From Octopus vulgaris (Eukaryota), in the NCBI GenBank assembly GCA_951406725.2, contig OX597814.1, positions 41,416,001 through 41,480,000 of the forward strand: 64,000 nucleotides of DNA. The letters run 5' to 3'. Each line of letters begins with the position of its first letter. Position 1 is the stretch's first letter. A model generated the notes under the pieces. That model searched no databases, was not told the DNA's origin, and saw only the letters and a program-made list of their open reading frames with translations. Shown piece by piece: positions 39,776 through 52,480 of this stretch. The position numbers and the translations under genes are program-made.

Positions 39776-40488
39776 TATCAATAATAAAGGGTGAAATTAA
39801 TTAATTTAGAAATAATCATTAATTTCACCAAGTAGAGTTCGGCATGTAAAAGCCCCATAGAAGGAAGGCTTAAGTAATACTAAGTAATTAAGGGTTTAGC
39901 AACGATTTGCCTCACCACACACCGAATTTAGAAATAGCAGTCAAAAAGTTTTGGCTATTATTTCTACTTAAAAGGGAGATCCCGGTAAAACCACAGCACT
40001 TAAAAAGCAAACGACGCAGGCCAAAGAGAATGAAATGACGACAATCATTCTATATTAAGTCACTTACGGACATACGTTTCGGAATTAAGTCATAGCAGAG
40101 CATAACATTTAAATAATTATGTCTTACCTAACTATTTTCCTCTTCAGCGTAGGACTCTTCAATTATAAATAATTGCGTCTCAATTATTAATAATTGTGTA
40201 TTAAATTTGAAGGCACTAGAAGACATCACCTCAACTCATGGTATCAGAGCGAGCGTAAGCCATTACCAGTACCACCAAATTCAAAGGGTGAATGAAAGTA
40301 TGTCACCATCCCCCTTCCGCCAGCGTGCTGCTAAATAAGATGCTACAGTTTTTTTACAGGGTTGAAATATAATTATCAATAATAAAGGGTGAAATTAATT
40401 AATTTAGAAATAATCATTAATTTCACCATGTAGAGTTCGGCATGTAAAAGCCCCATTCAAGGAAGGTTTAACTAATACTAAGTAATTA
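39776..40488 (-). mobile_element. Retrozyme-like or non-autonomous Penelope-like element (family D): 598-bp unit plus 115-bp terminal direct repeat, inserted in (TA)n
   Basis: 39776-39890 and 40374-40488 are direct repeats with 5 mismatches. Intact hammerhead at 40058-40156, (TA)n on both sides, no ORF. Confidence 0.75.
40058..40156 (-). ncRNA. Type I hammerhead ribozyme with intact core
   Basis: AGUC-C-UACG CUGAAGA GGAA[52 nt]UUCC GAA ACGUAUGU C/CGUA-AGU-GACU. All core nucleotides are present, with G10.1-C11.1, a GUC cleavage triplet (cut between 40069 and 40068) and stem I with an internal loop. Confidence 0.8.
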
Positions 40489-40544
40489 TATATATATATA
40501 TATATATACGTAATAATAAGTAATTACATATGTATATATATTGC

Positions 40545-40617
40545 AAGCTCGTCTAGGAATCGAAACCACATTCTTCCGATCATCAATCCCATGTCCTAAC
40601 CTAACCACACGCCTTCA
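40545..40617 (-). mobile_element. Isolated decayed tRNA-like SINE head
   Basis: Minus strand GAAGGCGTGTGGTTAG...GTGGTTTCGATTCCTAGAC (A-box and B-box like). Confidence 0.5.
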
Positions 40618-42397
40618 CATAAGTACAGAAATATATAAATATATCTATAGATATGTATACATGTCAACACAAACACAAACACACACATATATGTACGCAT
40701 ATACATTGATAATACACACGACTGCATATATATAAATACACACACCCGTACATATATACATACCTATATACAGGCAGATAGGCATATACATGAGTCGCAA
40801 CACAAATCGAAATAGAATGGCAAATGAGGCAGAAACGTATAGGAAGTTCGGATCAACAGTTGTTCAAAGTATCTATGTAAACGAATTACGTTCTGTGCTT
40901 TATTGTACAAATACTGAAGAAGGATCTTTTCACAACCTGTATAATACAATGATATAATCTCCGAATATGAAAACATGAAAAAATTACCTTTTCTAATCAA
41001 CTTAAAACTTTCAACGTAAAAACTATTCTAAAATTATATAACACTCCGTAAAGTCTAATGTTACGGTATCAATTTCCTAAATTAGTTAAATTCATTAATC
41101 CTATCGTTAGTAATTAGTGAATAATTTGTTATATGAATTTAGATTCTTTTCAAGTTATTTTCGTTTTAGATTCAATATACACCTACTAAGTGAAGTTAAT
41201 TTCAATCGAAGATTTTGATAAGATTTCACTGGCACGAAGGTTGAGATCAACACTGGTCGGAGGTGTTATTGGCAAATGGATATGGGAACAACTATGAGAG
41301 GTTGGTGGCACGAACACCGGTTGACATCCATACGAAAATACAAGAAGCATAACAAAAAATGTGTGCGTATGTATGTGAGCTCGTGCGGGCGTTTATATGG
41401 CGCATGCATAGGAAACACGTGCTTATTAGCTAACGTCTCTGTAACAAATGTATAATTAGTACTGGCGTCAGGTGGATTGCTGTACATTGGCGGCTGCACA
41501 ATACTCATAACATACAATTGAGTGATACGTTACACACAAACACACACACATATCTGTGTGCGTGTGTGTGTGTGAGTGTGTGTCTGTGTGCGTGTTTGTG
41601 AGTGCATTAATGCTTGTGCATTTCTTGTTTGTGTGTGGTAGTTACATGCATGTATGAAATCATTGATAAATATTTATAATTTTGTATCTTTACCATTGGT
41701 TTAGGCGTTTCTTCGTGTATTGCATAACACCCCAGATTGTCTATATTTATTGATTTCCAAAAATGCCGTGCAAAATTCCCATTTAAATTCATGTTATATA
41801 TGCAAACATCTACCGAAAAGGGTTTACTTACAATGCCCTTTATTAATGATTATGATGATCTGAAAGTGGCCATACTATATTTTCTATATGCTTCTAAATA
41901 ATATGCTGATCATTCTAATACTTATGTGGGTGAGTTTGAAAATAACATCGTTGTTAATCTGAGAAACATTCATATAACAAGGCTATAATGCATTTATGGC
42001 AACTGTCTAAGTTAAAATCTGTTACGTAGTTATTAATAATTGCTATTATTTTATATCCACATACAGCGAAATCTGCAAGTCTTAACCCTGCAAAATAGCG
42101 GAATTTTACATCAAATTTACGCCTGAATATATCCATTTAATGCTCTATACACATATGACGTATATAAAAGTCAAACTACACTAGAAATTTTCATTAGTAT
42201 CAGGGAAACATTAAAATTCACATGTTAATTAATATGCAGAAGATATGGAATAATTTTCAAAGCATGTTCCACAATTGTATTTGGATATAATTAATTTTGC
42301 TATTAGCTTATATGGTAAGTAGTTAACAGACAGGCTGCTATTTTGTTATTTTATACACAATATATAGTACGCTAAGAGACAGCAGCGGTTCAATGTA

Positions 42398-43631
42398 CAG
42401 TGTCTTACAGATAAATTAACAACAATTTTAAGGTGACTTACTAGGATTAACATTTCGTTTTTTGACAAAACCTTGCTTCAAAATCAAATCCTCTTCTTTC
42501 TTTTTTTCAGGTAAATAGCGAACTGATTCGACAACAGAATGTCATGGAACAAAAGAATCTTTCCGTCATTGTTGTTTTGTTCCGCTGAGTAAACTGCAAA
42601 TAAAGTTGTGGAGTTGACGAATCTTCTAAGAGCAACAGTTTATCGTGGGTATGAAAAATTTATAAAAGAGGATGAGATTGATAGAGAAGTATACATGACT
42701 CGAAGTGATTCTAAGCTTAATCCAGAACTTCTTGCTGGCTTCAAACGCTCGATTGAAGCCAGCCCATCCACATCTATGACAACTCTTGCCAAGAAACATG
42801 ATGTTCCCTTTCCATGGCGTCCAGAGCTGTGAACAGGATCCTTGGCATGACTAGCTATGTTCGACGACGCTGTCACCTCCTAACAGCCAATGCCAAAGCA
42901 ATCAAGTGCGGGAAAAGCCCAAAGCTTCTGTAAATGTTCATGGTGCAGGAAAAAATCACGTATTTGTGGACGGGAATCGGTTCACTGGGGATGCTGAGAT
43001 GAATCATACAAATCTTCGAGTGATTGTATACAACACATCTGACAACTCTACTGAGTTTAAGAATAAGAATCCTGCCTCTGTAATGGTATTTGGAGCTGTG
43101 GCGAGTGATTGAACTGTCATGGAAACACACCTCACTGAGTCTGACTTGAAGATCGGCACAAATATGTAACTGGAAATCTTTAAGAATTCCCTGTAGCCTT
43201 GGATGAAGCGTAAGATTGGGTGTTACAATGTAGTGCACACACAGGATTCGGCACCATGCCATGGATCAAAAGCAATACAGGCCTTCCATGGTGAGAAGGT
43301 GTCATTTTGTGAAGGCCAATATCTGACCCAGTAATAGCCAGATCTCAAATTTCTCAATTACATTTTATGGGGCGTATTTCAAGCAAGAATCAGTGCTTCA
43401 CTACAGTCGAATGTCAATATTCTGAAGACCTGCATTGTGCGTGCAACACTCAAAATCAAAAAGGTACACGCTGCGGCAGCTGCAAACATTTTTCTTCATC
43501 TGTGGAGGAAGTAATTGCCGAAATGGGAAGCCATATTGCTTGATAAATAGTTTTGTTGTAATAAATATTACATTAAAATCATACCTGTCTATTAATATTA
43601 CTTTAGAATTTATAACCGATTTTATGCATCG
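42398..43631 (+). mobile_element. maT/DD37D-type Tc1/mariner transposon, decayed
   Basis: HVFVDGNRFT, KNPASVMVFGAVASD, PWMK, TQDSAPCHGSKAIQ, and a PSN-PDL..LNYILWG remnant. Degenerate subterminal inverted repeats and TA flanks; about 1.23 kb. Confidence 0.85.
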
Positions 43632-44164
43632 TAAAAATTGTCTCAGTATATTTGCAAGACCATGTATACATATGTCTAAATTCAAATGTTTGGTTGATTT
43701 TGCTACAGCAACTGAGACATTTCTCTCAAATCTAAATGATACATATTTCCAGCTTACAGTCATTTAGATAAACAAACACACTATGACAGACAAGCATGCA
43801 TACATATAAACATATTTACATACCCAAGTAATATGTGAAATGAGAGGAACTTACAATTCTTTAGATTATAACAAACTTAGTCTGTGATAAACATACAAAA
43901 ATAAAATAAAAATTGAACAAATGATTAGATATGTAGGGAAACATTTTCCTTCATTTGAAGCCAGTTCGTGTCTCTCAGTAATATTATAAAATATTCACCG
44001 CTAGACAAAGAAATCGTAAATTAGATTCACACCGTAGTCACTGCAGGCAATGTACAGCTGATTTTGGACAGGATCGCGATTAATGAAACAATGTACATTT
44101 CATTCACTCATAAAAAGAATATATCAGAAAACCGTTATAACTTTCAAAATTTGACAGCTAAAAG

Positions 44165-44372
44165 ACAGCGAGCTGATAGAACTTTTAGCACATCAGCCGA
44201 AATGCTTAGCGGCATTCCGTCTGTCTTTATGGTCTGACTTCCAATTCCACCGAGGTCGACGTTGCCTTTTATCGTTTTGGAGTCAGTAAAATAAGTACCA
44301 GTTGAGCACAAGTGTCGATGTAATCGACTTAGCTTCTCCCCCAAAACTACTGTGCCAAGATTTAAAAACAAT
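44165..44372 (+). mobile_element. SINE family 1 variant
   Basis: GCGAGCTGATAGAA...CCGAGGTCGACGTTGCCTTTT...AAGTACCAGTTGAGCAC. Confidence 0.85.
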
Positions 44373-44390
44373 GCTAGACAAACTGAAAAT

Positions 44391-44592
44391 GACGAGCTGT
44401 CAGAATTCTAACACTCCGGGCAAACTGATTTTGCCCATCTTTAATTTCTAAGTTCAAACAATGCCAAAGCCGACATAGACTTTCGTCGTTTTGGGTCGAT
44501 AAAACAACTACCAGTTGAGCACAGGAAACGATGTAATCGACATACACCATCCTCTAGAATTGATGGTCTTGCGCCAAAAATGGAAATCAATA
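44391..44592 (+). mobile_element. Second, older SINE family 1 variant in tandem
   Basis: GACGAGCTGTCAGAA...AAGTTCAAA...GGGTCGATAAAA...TACCAGTTGAGCAC...TGCGCCAAAAATGGAAATCAAT. Confidence 0.8.
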
Positions 44593-44759
44593 TCTGAAAG
44601 GTTAGACTGTGAGAGAAACAAAAATGGAACACGTCAACTCTGTCACGTCCCTGCACGAAGGAGCTACATTATGATGACAAATAGACTTAAATGACGTTGC
44701 ATACTTGATCCACCACTATTCTTTCTCTATCTCATAGAAATTTTAGAAGTTGCTTTCGA

Positions 44760-45290
44760 ATGAGCAGGAGGAAGATTTATATCCAGAAGTGATATTATTC
44801 TGATCTGTTCAATACTGCTCAGTGCAAATTAAAGACCTGTACTACGAAGAACTTTATACGAGAGATGCTGGTCTCTGACAGAGTGGTGGTTGCTCGAAGT
44901 GCAGCAGCTATGCAGACAGATGTAGATAATTTTACTAGATTTGTACAACATTTCAGCTTAAACCTTAACATCAGAAATACCTATGCCTGTACCAATTTGT
45001 TAAAAACTACCTTCCACTGTAACAGAAGAAAACAATACTATTAGGCATGAAGGGCTATTCCAGTTCAAATCATTTAAATACCCAGGAAGCAGCATCTCAG
45101 GTAATGCAGGACTGGATCATGCACAGGCAGAATGAACAGAGCTAGTGATTCATTTGGCAGGCTGCAGGAGACACTGACAACATGAAAATCTTCCCTGCTG
45201 TAGTTCTTTGTGTAGAGCTGAAACTATCAGCTAATGATGTTGATATTACAGCTCTCAGCCACCTGTTCTATGCATCCGTTAAAATCTCAA
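44760..45290 (+). mobile_element. RTE-clade LINE RT fragment
   Basis: FIREMLVSDRVVVARSAAAMQTDVDNF...FSLNLNIRNT, VKSFKYPGSSIS and RMNRASDSFGRL resemble RELLFADD...FGLxINxKKT...FxYLGS...ASxAFGRL. Confidence 0.75.
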
Positions 45291-45329
45291 CGATTCTATG
45301 TGGTGATAACATTAGAAAGCGACAACATT

Positions 45330-46520
45330 CCCACAAAAAGACTAATTAGAAAGAGCGTATTCAACACCAAATTCAGCTACTTAAGTCAGACATAAAATGC
45401 TTAATAAAACCTGAAGTTTGATAAAAATGTCAAACCGAAAAGGAATCCGAAAATTTAAGAGAAAATATAATATGAAAATTTCAGAGAAAATTTAACATGT
45501 AAATCATATTTGACATCGAAACCATCATAGAAACAATTTATCAAAAGGTGTGTGCTAAAGCTGCCCGCACAGTAAGGTATGAAACGCGAGTTAGATTCTT
45601 CGAGGACAATAAGTTCAAAAATAAAAAACAAAAAGTATTTACAGGGAGATAGGGAAAACACCAGTTACAGAAAATTCTGTTACATCAAAAGAAGAAGTGC
45701 ATGAATTTTGGAATAAAATCTGGGTAGAAGAAAAGAAAGCACACAATGAAAAGGCGCCTACGATTGATAGTATATCTACAGATTTAGACCCCTTAGAAGA
45801 GCAAAAGTGTGGGAGGGTACCGAGGTAGAGGATATAAGATCTCCTCTCAAGAAGTGAAGCAAATGGAGGTCTCCAGGAAAGGCTAAAATTCGTAACTTCT
45901 CTTTGAATGCCTTTCTAGAAATTTATAACGATGTTTTGCAAAAAACTAATATGATACACCCATGGCTAGTTAATGGTATAACATTTCCACTTTCAACAAA
46001 TGAAGAAACAAAGGAACTTAAAAATTATAGACCCATAACCTGCTTAATAACAATGTATAAAATGTTAATATCTGTCTTTACTGAAAATACCTATGTATTT
46101 TTTAAGCGAAAGTGGCTTATTCCCTAATGAGCAAAAAGGATGTAAACATGGGTTCTATGGTTGTAAAGATCAGCAACTAATTAATAAGATGATCTTGGAA
46201 GGTTATCATAAACGAAACAAAAACTTATCGATAGCCTGGATAGGGTATAAAATAGCTTTTGATAGTCTAGCACATAGCTGGATTAAGAAATGTCTGGAAA
46301 TGTATAAAATAGCACCTACTCTGCGAATCTTTTTGTTTGTAAGTATGACATCATGGAGAACCACTTTGACTTGAACAGTGATTATGAATTTCGTAATGCT
46401 GGAAATGTAATAATTTTACGTTGCATTTTCCAGGATGAATATCTATCACCACTCCTCTTTTGTTTAGCCTTAATACCTCTCTCAAAATTGCACGATGATG
46501 TACAATTCGGCTATAAAATG
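45330..46520 (+). mobile_element. R4/Dong-type LINE RT fragment
   Basis: KNYRPITCLITMYKML, LFPNEQKGCKHGFYGCKDQQLINK, AWIGYKIAFDSLAHSWI and IFQDEYLSPLLFCLALIPLS. Confidence 0.92.
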
Positions 46521-46789
46521 GGTAGCAGTCCACTTCTTTCCAAGTAGCAGTGCAATACACCGGCCAAAGCATCTGAAATTAGCTTCTACATCAGAGGAAA
46601 GCATGCATTGGTCTAAAGTTAGATTTAACATTACCCCTTACTGGATACTTAGTGCATAACAATGCCTTTCCCTTTGCCATATAATTGGGTACTGCACCTT
46701 CCGAAAAACACTCATATAGCTATCATGCTATTCTTTCTTATATCCCTATCAGCTTCTTCATCCAATACCCCTGAACACCATCCGATCTT

Positions 46790-48100
46790 GGGCTCCTCGA
46801 ATTTGGGAATTTTCTTAGCTGCTGTTTTTAATAATTTCTGTAGATATCTTTATGTCTTCTTCGACTTCTATATTTCTTAATCTATCTTGGTTTTTATGCA
46901 GCCACTTCGCTTCATTATTATATTGTACAGGTTGAACCCAGAATGCCTTACGTTCCTCTGCATAATTGTTACGTGTATCTGCCCATCTAGTTCCCAAAAC
47001 AGTTTCTTCTCATTTGCTTCAAACAACCTGGTTTGCCTGAACTGTCTCTTTCTATTGTCATATATTTCCAGTCTTGCTTCGATTGCTATTACTCTTTGTT
47101 TCAATTCTTCCAATATCACATCATAATATTACATCATAATTTTTCCAATATGAATTCTTCCAATATCACATCAAATTTTTTTCCAGCATTATTCTTAAGC
47201 CTTCCTTTTGCAATTCCCCTCTACTCCATCTATTAGCTTATCCTAAACATCTTTTAAAGTTTATTTGTTTCACACGAATTTTTTTTCTTTTGTATCCAAC
47301 TCTATAATAATCTTGAATAATCTTGGTAGATTTAGTTATACGTATATTTCCCAACTGGAATAGCCCAGGAACGGAATCTATCTTTTCAGTTTCAACCTTG
47401 TGTTTCCTTCGGTCAATGTACCACACGTTTGGGGGTACATCATCCTGGTCTTCTCTCATATATCGACAGTGTCCTCAATATGACTTCTTGGCCATCATCG
47501 TATTCATGTCATACAGCTCTTCCTGTTAGTTCTGCTTCATTTGCTGGGAATCCATCTTTCATTTACACTTTGAACTAATTTTTCATTGTCGCCTATCATT
47601 TTTCTGATCTCACTGAGCACGTTGTCTGATGGTAAATTATCATTTCTCTCTTCTACTTTCCTGTTTATCTCTTATATTTCTATGCTTTTTATCCATACGT
47701 TTGCTCTTATTGCTTTTGCCTGGCCAGTTAAAAGTTGCTCAATTGTTTCAAGCGTCCTATCTCATTCCATTTTGGTTTCATTCGTTGTCGAATTCCCCTT
47801 CTGGTGGGTTCATCCCCGCTTTACCTCTTCATCCCACCTTTTTCTCTGCCTCAAGATTTCTTTACAATCAATTTCTGGATGACGACCGGACTTGCGCTGC
47901 TCAACCACAGGACACCTGCCAGGTGAAATGCTTTTGCCTTTGGTTACAGCATCTTTAACAATCAACATTGAGGCATTTGTTTTAAGGTTAGTTACCAACC
48001 GGTATTTCTATTGAGACACCATCTCTAGTTAGATTGTCAACCAAAACTGCAGGGCTCTTACTACCCATTATTTGGGCCTGTTGTCTTCGCATTTCTATAT
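46790..48100 (-). mobile_element. 5' portion of an R4/Dong-type LINE
   Basis: PGRCPVVEQRKSGRHP...RKRWDEE and LEELKQRVIAIEARLEIYDNRKRQFRQTRLFEANEKKLFWEL, typical of the pre-RT region. Confidence 0.8.
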
Positions 48101-48146
48101 GTTGGTGATCATGAGCTTGGTTCTCATTAAAAAGGAAGTAAGCGTC

Positions 48147-48174
48147 AATAATAATAATAATAAAAATGATAATG

Positions 48175-48238
<64 letters not shown>

Positions 48239-48243
48239 TGATG

Positions 48244-48318
<75 letters not shown>
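48147..48318. repeat. (AAT)n microsatellite
   Basis: Directly visible. Confidence 0.97.
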
Positions 48319-48319
<1 letters not shown>

Positions 48320-48390
48320 AATATTATCCCCCACTCCGAAAAAATGCAGCACACACCACCGCACAAGCACAAAGGTGTAACAAACAATCG

Positions 48391-48597
48391 TTTCTACTCT
48401 ACTCACAAGGCCCGAAATCTTTGGTAAGGAGCCAGTCGATAATATCGACCCAGGTACGCAACTGGTACTAAATTTATCTACCCTAAAAGGATGAAAGGCA
48501 AAGATGCCTACGGTGGAATTTGAACTCAGACCGTAACGACAGATGAAATAACGCTATGCATTTCGCCCGACTTTCGAAATTTCTACCAGCTCATCGC
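48391..48597 (-). mobile_element. SINE family 1
   Basis: CACAAGGCCCGAAAT...GCAACTGGTAC...GGATGAAAGGCAAAG...GGAATTTGAACTCAGA...CCAGCTC. Confidence 0.88.
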
Positions 48598-48624
48598 AAA
48601 TATTGCAATAGACAGTTGCTTGAA

Positions 48625-51600
48625 ACATGCAGATGCCTAAAAGTAATAGCGGTAATGACGATGATGAGGAATCTTACATTACATCAGTTTATGAGAAACA
48701 TTTGTCTTCAAGGAAATCTGCTTGTAACACCGAAACTGTAGGTGGACCTTTAAAGAAGGGTCTGTCGCTCGGCTGTGGTTCAATAAAACTGCAGACTGAC
48801 CACAGCTGTTATCTTAATAAAGCCTCAGCAGATAATAAAAGTAAGGATGAGGAAGTGGACCAGGGAATAAAACAGGGTAGTGTTGCAATGCTACTTTGCA
48901 AGTAAACATAAATAGAGTGGCTATAGAAAATGGGTGCTAACATTTTGGGTAGAGAATGGTATCTTTAGTGTGACTGAGCAAGTATTTCTTGAATAAACTA
49001 ATAATTTTAGTAAAAAAGGTGCATTATAGATTTCGGAGTAGAAGAGTTCACAAGAGAACTGGAAACAATGACCAAGCAGTGGGAAAGACAAACAACGTAT
49101 GCGACACAGATAAAACCAAATAATCTAAAAGAAAAATAATAATAATAGCACTACCAATAAGGAATGGACAACTAGCACCAGCGACTTAAATGGTTTCCTT
49201 GAAGAAGTTCAGTAGATTTTAGATGGGTTGCAGGAGGCAATAAGTACAAAAATAAGATAAAGATTGCCAGCATTAAAAAAGCACCAATAAAAGGAAGCCG
49301 CGACAAATCACTAGGAAAGTAAATTCTGTTTTCGAAGGATAGATTCTAAAAGTATAGGAGACAATATTCTATTGATAAATGCAGGAGAGTTAGTAGTCAC
49401 TAGAAGATTAGCTATTTCACAGCGAAATATTAAAAAAGAGGAAATGTGAAAAGGAAACTACAAAATCATGTGAAGACTTTAAGACAATATCTGTGTTGAA
49501 AGAAACCTGTTAAGAAAACAAGTCAGTAAATATCTGTTGCAAATTATCCTCGAGAAAATATACTTTCTCAAAGATTTTATAACCAAATAAGTAGTGGAGA
49601 ACGATGTACCGAAGATGAAAAACCTAATGTAGAACCCGCTAGAAAGATGTTTAGTATTATTTGGGATAAGCCAATCAATCATATTAGAGATGCAGTATGC
49701 TTAAAGAAAGTGAGGGAAGAAGTAATGAGTGAGAAGCAGCCAGATCTAAGAAAAAGTAGTGCATTAATGAGTAAAGCGTTAGGAAAACTGCCGAATTCGA
49801 AGGACCCCGGAACAGATTTTGTTCAAGTGTACGGGCTAAAGAAATTCAGTAGTTTACATGGGAGGCTGAGGGAACAAATTCACGATTGCCTTAATGGAGG
49901 AGTAGAGGGAGGACAGTACTCATTATGAAAGATGAGAGCAAGGGTAATGTATCTAGCAACTACAGACCATTACTTACCATTTGTATGAAAGCTGTTAAAA
50001 GGAATGCCATTACAAAGCGTTTGCGAGCTCCTTGACAACCAGAATTTATTAACAGAAAATCAAGCAAATTGCACAAAGAAGGCTAAAGGAGCAGCTGATG
50101 CATTATACATATACAAAGAAGTTCTAAGTGAAGTAAAATATTGAAAGAAAGATCTAACAATAGCATGGAAACTTTATAGGAAACTTCTGTCATGATACCA
50201 CTCTCATGGATAAGTGAATGTTTGAATATATTCAATACAGCAGACAACATAAGACAATTAATTAGCTTTAGCAAGAAGAAATGGAAAGTCGGTCTCTACT
50301 CAGATGACACACTGTTAGGAAAAGATAATATCAAAATTGGAATTTTCTGGCGCGATTGGCTGTCTCTTTTAATAATTGTTTTAAGTTTTGATACCCCGTT
50401 AGTTTAGTATTAATGAAGGCAAATGCAGGGTAACATTTGTGAAATAGAAAGGGAAAAATTAAACATTTCCTCTACATTGATGTTCTGAAGCTTTTTAATA
50501 CGAATGAGAATCTAATATGTGTTCCTTAATACAGACTATAAGAATCTTCAGCCAAGATATAGGCCTGGAATTTCGCACGGATAAGTGTGCAATATTAGTC
50601 ATAAGAAGGTGTCAGGTAGTCAAGAGCGAAGGTATCCAATTATCAGATGAACAGACATTAAATTCATTGAAAGGAGGAGAGAATTATAAGTATGTAGGAG
50701 TATTAGAATCTCACAGAGCACTAACTACTGAAATTAAAACGAAAATTGAAATGAAGTACTTCACAAGGGTGAGGAAGCTAATGAAATCAAATATAAATGG
50801 TCTGAATCTAATGAAAGCTATAAATACCTTGGCAGTATCTTTACTTAGATACTCAGTAGCTTTGGTAGATTGGACAAAAACTGAATTAGCAAAACTAGAC
50901 AAAAGACGAAGGAGTGAATTCAATATGAAAGGACAACAGAGGTAGTAGGATTATACCTGCCTAGAAAGGAAAGCGGAAGAGAGTTCATAACAGCAGAAGA
51001 CAGCGTGGAGCTACCTAGATTGGATATATACTCCTATGTAGGTAATAGTGAAAAAGTTTATTAAAAGCTGCTTGGGGCACAGCAAGACATAGGGAAACGA
51101 AAACCCAAAATGAAGTTGAAAACCAGAAGAAAGAACAGAGCATATCTGACTGGCAGGGGAACACGTTGAATGACTCTATATGAACTAATCAAAACAGACA
51201 AGAAAAGAAAAAAAATAATGACAGGATTTGGGATGGATCACCCAAACTTTGATATAGAAAGGTTATATATACAACGCATCGAAAGTGAAAGAGGGCTTAT
51301 ACAGGTAGAATGTTACAAAATATCCACAATAGGTTTACAGAATTACTTCAGAAACAATTAAAACTGATACAATTAACGCAAAGACGAACAAAACAAAAAG
51401 GAACTGTGTTCTGACGTTAAAGAAGCTAAAAACTACAAAAAAAAAGAAGTCATATTAGCTAACACCTATTCAGAAAAAGGAGAAACGATAAATGCTGTAA
51501 AACTACCGACAGCGAAACGACAACTAGAACAGCAACGGATCATGATAAAACGATGGCAAGAAAAGCCTTTGCATGGCAAATATTCGGTCAAATTGAAACC

Positions 51601-52480
51601 AGAAAAAAAGGAATAGAAATTATCTGACTGGCAGTGTAAAGCGTTGTATGGTATATTCCCAAAGCTATTTGCTGTAAATTGTAGTATTGAGACATGGTTA
51701 TGGCTGCAGAAAAGAAAGCTGAAGGAGACAGAATGTTTGTTCGTAGCTGCACAAGGACATGCGTTAAGGACTAATTGGATAAAAGCCAAGATAGAAAAAA
51801 CGCCAGGTAGATTCCGAATGTTGATTATGCAAATCAAAAGAAGAAAGCGTTATTCATATAATAATAGTATGTATCATGCCGGAACAGAAAGAATACGAGA
51901 CATGATAATCTAAGAAAACAATCTACTTGGTGTTATGCAGACACCTAGGATTTCAACATATTGGTAAATGGTTTGAACATGGACCTAGTAAATTACAAGA
52001 AAGTAAGAAATACGATGTTGTGAGACTTTAACATTCAGACTCACCAAGCTACAATGTATGATTTGGTAGTAGTAGTAGTAGTAGTAATAGTAGTAGTAGT
52101 AGTAGTAGTAGTAGTAGATAAAGTGAATAGAAAGTGCAAGTTAATTGACTTTACAGTCATAAAAGATGAAATAATTAATATTGGGGGTGTAGAAAAAATA
52201 GCAAAGTACCAGGACCTAGTTATTTAATTACAGAGACTACAGAAAGTGCTGGTAATATTTTTCTGAGTAGATATATGTGCATTGGGAACTTTTGCTAAAC
52301 ATCTTAACACATGGATCGAAGAAATGAGCATAAAACCCACTTTAGTACAGATTCAGAAAACAGTTTTATTAGAGACAGCCAGGATAACTAGGAGGGTTCT
52401 TTTCTTGGCATCTAAGAATACTTGCTGTAACTCAATAGGAGTGGTCTTGGAATTCAGGCCTACTTGTTTAACCCGATGTT
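48625..52480 (+). mobile_element. Near full-length decayed R4/Dong-type LINE containing a segment from a second family
   Basis: KLPNSKDPGTDFVQ, SNYRP, IPLSWISECL, IFSQDIGLEFRTDKCA, YKYVGVLE, AINTLAVSLLRYS, ETECLFVAAQGHALRTN, LIDF, KIAKYQDL and IQKTVLLETARITRRVL. Confidence 0.9.

Noticed and set aside
52451-52462. AATTCAGGCCT in the R4 3' UTR resembling the SINE family 1 tail
   Set aside because: The match is too short to claim tail sharing.
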